This document shows positions 59,564 to 64,000 of a stretch of DNA of 64,000 nucleotides, piece after piece (position 1 is the first letter of the stretch; each line of letters begins with the position of its first letter). A program made the position numbers and the translations under genes. The stretch comes from Azolla caroliniana (taxonomy: Eukaryota; Plantae; Polypodiophyta), in contig JBHGNT010000004.1 in NCBI GenBank assembly GCA_043228905.1, positions 16,926,001 through 16,990,000 on the forward strand, in the 5' to 3' direction. A model generated the notes under the pieces. The model did not search any database. It had not been told where the DNA came from and saw only the letters and a list, made by a program, of their open reading frames with translations.

Positions 59564-60417
59564 ATACCTTGATTCGGTTACTCATGAGTAGTAATCGACA
59601 ACGTGTTCCTCTAGAGGGGAGTAACACCTTTTTGTACACAAGAAAATTATATTAGTCCAAGCTTGAATGATATTTAGTAAACATGCAATTTCAGAACTAT
59701 CAACATAAGGGTGGCTCTCAAAATGAGATTTGCATCTAATGAGCAAGTGCAACAAAAGCTTTTTCGGTTCTTCCTTCTTATATCTCGAATAAAGCTTTAT
59801 AGCATTGGATTGTTCACCATGTGGTCTTCCTACTAAGTGGATGTCATCCACATATGAGTCAAGTGAAACTCAACAACTCCACTAAATGTTTCAATGCGGA
59901 AAACGAAACCAATGTGAAATGTATGACATAGTTAAGTATATGTGAATATGTTGCAACAAGAATGAAAATAGAGGTGGTAGCATGTGCCATCTCCAATGAA
60001 GAGGATGTCATTGATGTGAGCTATTGTAATATATATGACGGGAATATGTTTGGCCAACCCAATAGGCACACTAATGAGAAACAAGGACTTATGCATGTGG
60101 TATTCTATTTTTTAAAGCTTGATGTCAAGCATATGAACTAGGAAATGCTATGTAGAAAATAAATAAATAAATATTTTTCGAAAAATTTGGTATGTTGTCT
60201 ATGTGTGTGTGTGATGTAATTAAATCTTGAAAAGTGTGTCCGCATATGAGGAGACATGTGGAAAACAATCATAACCCGAAATAAACTCCCCCTAATGCAT
60301 GAAGAGTGGGTACCTTAGCATAAGGTATATCTATCTATCACATATTTGATTAAAACAAAAGGCACATGCCATATATCGATAAACCGATATAGATATATTA
60401 TGATAACACTAACATAA

Positions 60418-60946
60418 GAAGGCTCAATCAAGTGGGGAAATATATGTTGGCTATCATGGTAGGCCGCAATTGGCAGATACGAGCATCAGGAGGAGGGGAT
60501 GACTTTGGTGATAAAAGCACAAGAGGTCTTTTTCTCCTCCAACGGCAATGTCCACTCCACTCCTCTTAATGACACATCTCAAGAGGTGTTGGAATTGGTC
60601 AGCCCAATAACTCTTTGGATTCTATGGAAACAACGATGTAGGCGAGTCTTCTCCAACCAAGCCGCACATCCAACAAGGTTACTGCAAGAGATATGGAGTG
60701 AAATTGTAGCCACCCTGAAGAGCCAATATGATGGCCTTAAGGGCGGCTCCAAGGGAGTTGAAAGACAACAAATAGCCTTCATCCAACAATGGCCGTCCTC
60801 TCCCTTTCTTGAGTTAGTGGGCATCCACATAAGATAGAACTATCGCGTCCCTTCAGGGATTTGTACATAATTGTCTCATTTGTAAAATTTTATAACTAAT
60901 GGAATTTAAGAGTTTTTTTTGGAAAAAGAAAAAAAGAAAAAAAGAA
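60418..60946 (+). mobile_element. 5'-truncated LINE (ORF2 C-terminus, 3' UTR, A-rich tail)
   Basis: LWILWKQRCRRVF matches the W.IWK.RN.R.F motif at the end of plant L1 ORF2. A-rich tail at 60921-60949. A 37-bp direct repeat flanks it. Confidence 0.8.
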
Positions 60947-61689
60947 AAACCGATATAGATATATTATGATAACACTAACATAAAATTTTGCTATGACATA
61001 GTACTAACCAGAGAGAGAGAGATAGAGAGAGATGAAAAAATTAGGAATTGAACCGAAGACATAAACAACAATAGCATGACTCCTTACCACTAGGGTCAAC
61101 TAAATTTGTAATGATAATAAATGAAAAAAACAAAAACAAAAAGAGCACACATTTTTCCCTTTTCAAACGTTTGAATGCTTGCACAAACACAAATATTATG
61201 TTCTATGGATATATGTATGTATGTATGTATGTATTGGAAAAAGAAACCCTTTTAAAAAGAACTCTATATAAGTATATGTAGAGAAAAGAAAAATATGTGA
61301 ATAGTGGTAGCCATATATTAACATGATATATTATGTAGCAATAGTAAAAATGCACAACAATATATGGACAATCGGGTGCTTGTGAATTGTCGTAAGGCAT
61401 ACACGTGCCCCAACATGTAAACTAGACACTCTAGCATGTCTAGAACCATCATGTAACTAAAACCTAAGTTAAGGATGAACATGTGGATGCACCAATAGGT
61501 ATGCCACTGGTCACCACAATGATGACATTGTCATATAAACATGCATGCGTGTGCTACTCAAGTGGGATCACAAGGGTATTGGACCAGGGAGGACTCGATG
61601 TTGTGTGAGAGATTCTTTAGACCCCTTTCAACTTCCTTGTGTGAATCTCCCTTTATTTAATTAGTGCTCAAAGACCGTAGCATTCACTG

Positions 61690-61960
61690 GGGAGGTGAAT
61701 CTAGGAGATGAGGTGAACAAAGTAGGCAAGGTGAACATAAGAGGCGAATAAAAAAGGAGATCGAAGGAGACAAGGAAAACAAAGGAGGCAAATTAGGGAG
61801 ACGAGGGAATGTAGAAGGTGATGCGAACATAGGAGACAAGGAGAACAAAGGAGACAATGTGAGCAAATGAGACGAGATGAATGTACTAGACGACAAGGCG
61901 AACAAAGGAGGTGAATGTAGGAGGCGATGCAAAGACTCGTAAGGCAAACGATAAGAGGCA
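61690..61960. repeat. Degenerate purine-rich tandem repeat of about 18 bp
   Basis: Recurring AAGGAGACAAGG(T/A/C)GAACA-like units. Confidence 0.65.
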
Positions 61961-62352
61961 AGGCTTGGTTGTTTGGAACCACTTAACCCTCCTCACACTC
62001 TTACACACACACAATGGCATAATGTAATTATTAGACATGATTGAGGTTAATCATGCAACATTAGCACTAGTGCACTTGACTAACACTACGACACGATAAT
62101 GGGATGAAATATAAGTTTTGATAAAGATATCTCTTTCTCACAACGAAAACAGGTTCACCAATAACACCATGAGTGCAATTGCTTGTACAAGGATTAACGA
62201 TAAACAAAATAAGACAAAGAATGACAGGAGGCTTGAGCTTCCAATGAAGGTGAGTCAAGTGGACTATCGAGACCGCGATTACTACCAACAACAATGACAC
62301 CTTGATGTTAGAGTAGAGTTCGAAGGCCACTTTGTGCGCCCTCCAAAGACCG

Positions 62353-62923
62353 GTGTGCGAGCTAGTCTAACCCTTCCTCAAAGTCATTAACGTGTGGTGA
62401 GTTTTGTGTTGATGAAGACCGCATTAATCTCCAAAGTAGAAGAGGAGTTACATAAGAGGAGGTAATATATATATAGCAATATACCTTAACGCAAAAATCT
62501 CAAGGTCGAGCTCCAAAAATCCCAAAAAGAAGAACCCTCCAACGACGAGTGTGCGAGCTAGTCGAACCCTTCCTCGAAGTCGTTAACGCGTGGTGAGCTT
62601 TGTGGTGATGAAGACCGCATTAATCTCCAAAGTAGAAGAGGAGTTACAGAAGAGGAGGTAATATATATATAACAATATACCTTAACGCAAAAATCTCAAG
62701 GTCGAGGTCCAAAAATCCCAAAAAGAAGAACCCTCCAACGACGGGTGTGCGAGCTAGTCAAACCCTTCCTCGAAGTCGTTAACGTGTGGTGATGAAGACC
62801 GCATTAATCTCCAAAGTAGAAGAGGAGTTACAGAAGAGGAGGTAATATATATATAACAATATAATATACCTTAACGCCAAAAATCTCAAGGTCGAGCTCC
62901 AAAAATCCCAAAAAGAAGAACCC
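62353..62923. repeat. Three tandem copies of a 196-bp unit, possibly within a minus-strand LTR
   Basis: GTGTGCGAGCTAGTC starts at 62353, 62549 and 62745. CCTTTTATAGG (a minus-strand TATA) follows at about 62942. Confidence 0.88.
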
Positions 62924-64000
62924 TTAAATGAGTCCTCCTCCCTTTTATAGGGAGAGAGGCACCTCATTTTGCATTAAATACATATTATCCCCACTTTGCA
63001 TAAAAAAATGAAAAATAGGGAATAAATCCTTACTTCACGGTAGTAGAGATTTGAACTCTACATCCCTTGCTTTGTCCTAATAAATATTTACATTTGTGTT
63101 TGCCTTCATTTTCCCTATTTTTCTACCTTGGGACAAGCCACATCAGTCCCACGAGGGTGCTACATAGCCGCCCGGTATTCTTTATGCCGGCATTGCACAA
63201 TCACCATCCATGCTTGGGCAACATTGCACAGTTGCCCAACGTGTGATACCACGACATTGCACAACAATCAACCATGACTGTTATGGTGGCTTTGTAGAGC
63301 CACACACGATGCTCTGTGGTGGCGCTATAGAGCCGCTCACCATGGCTACTGTGGTAATGCAAGGCCACCTAATATTACAAAATGCCAATATCAAGATTTG
63401 AACATATAACGTTAAAACAAAAGCCTTATACTATCATACCACCTTACTTCATACAATAAATATTATAAAATTCAATGTTCATATTATTATTATTATTTAT
63501 AGTTATGTGACACTATACACAATGGATAATCGCCAAGTTTAACAATGTGTGTGTGTGTGAGTGAGTGAGTGTGTTTTGGTTATCTTAGACATACATAGAT
63601 AATCGCTAATTAACATGTTTCTGAGAACGAGGAAAAGCGTGAAGTGGTGGGAAGCGTCGGCTACAACCACGAAGCTACAAGATAAGAGAGTGGAGTTATG
63701 GGGGATGGAAGCCTCCAAAATAACATATATGTATGTATATGTACATGAATATACACACTACATAGTGATACACGGGTCGGTCGGGTGAGTTTGGGGAAGA
63801 GAGAATGGATTTTGGCCGAAACCCAAAGAGAAAGACATCGAATATGTATGTATGTATGTATGTATGTGTCTCTATGTGTATGCGTGGTGTCTAACTACTA
63901 CCAAATATTAAAGAGGGCAAGTGAGGGAATCGCGGAGAGGGACGGTGCAAGTCGCTAGATGAGGGCGCATGCGATCTGCACCGTCCAATGTGGCTGTGGA

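Noticed and set aside
61684-61982. Cys/Leu/Ser/Pro-periodic ORFs
   Set aside because: They are translations of an 18-bp tandem repeat with no gene structure.

Overview
Plant nuclear DNA, most likely from a non-seed land plant such as a fern or lycophyte. That host call is an inference from a self-priming Tcn1-type chromovirus and the intron and microsatellite style. Bases 1-38.3 kb are a nest of transposons. A degenerate Mutator-like (MULE) transposase gene is split by three LTR insertions, and a Tcn1-like chromovirus and probably a partial Copia sit in its left arm. Two Copia elements have intact ORFs and near-identical LTRs. The most unusual object is a 16-kb Gypsy unit (10378-26377) flanked by a 4-bp TSD. 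Its two outer LTRs are INVERTED, each is followed by an inward-facing tRNA-Trp primer-binding site, and a third, divergent LTR lies inside. Host genes are an intronless His/Pro-rich PLAC8-family gene (38453-39307) and a 29-exon transportin-1 gene (41779-54509, about 893 aa). The last 9 kb hold a Copia remnant, a 5'-truncated LINE with a 37-bp flanking duplication and tandem repeats. All coordinates and identity estimates were read by eye, and no database searches were run.
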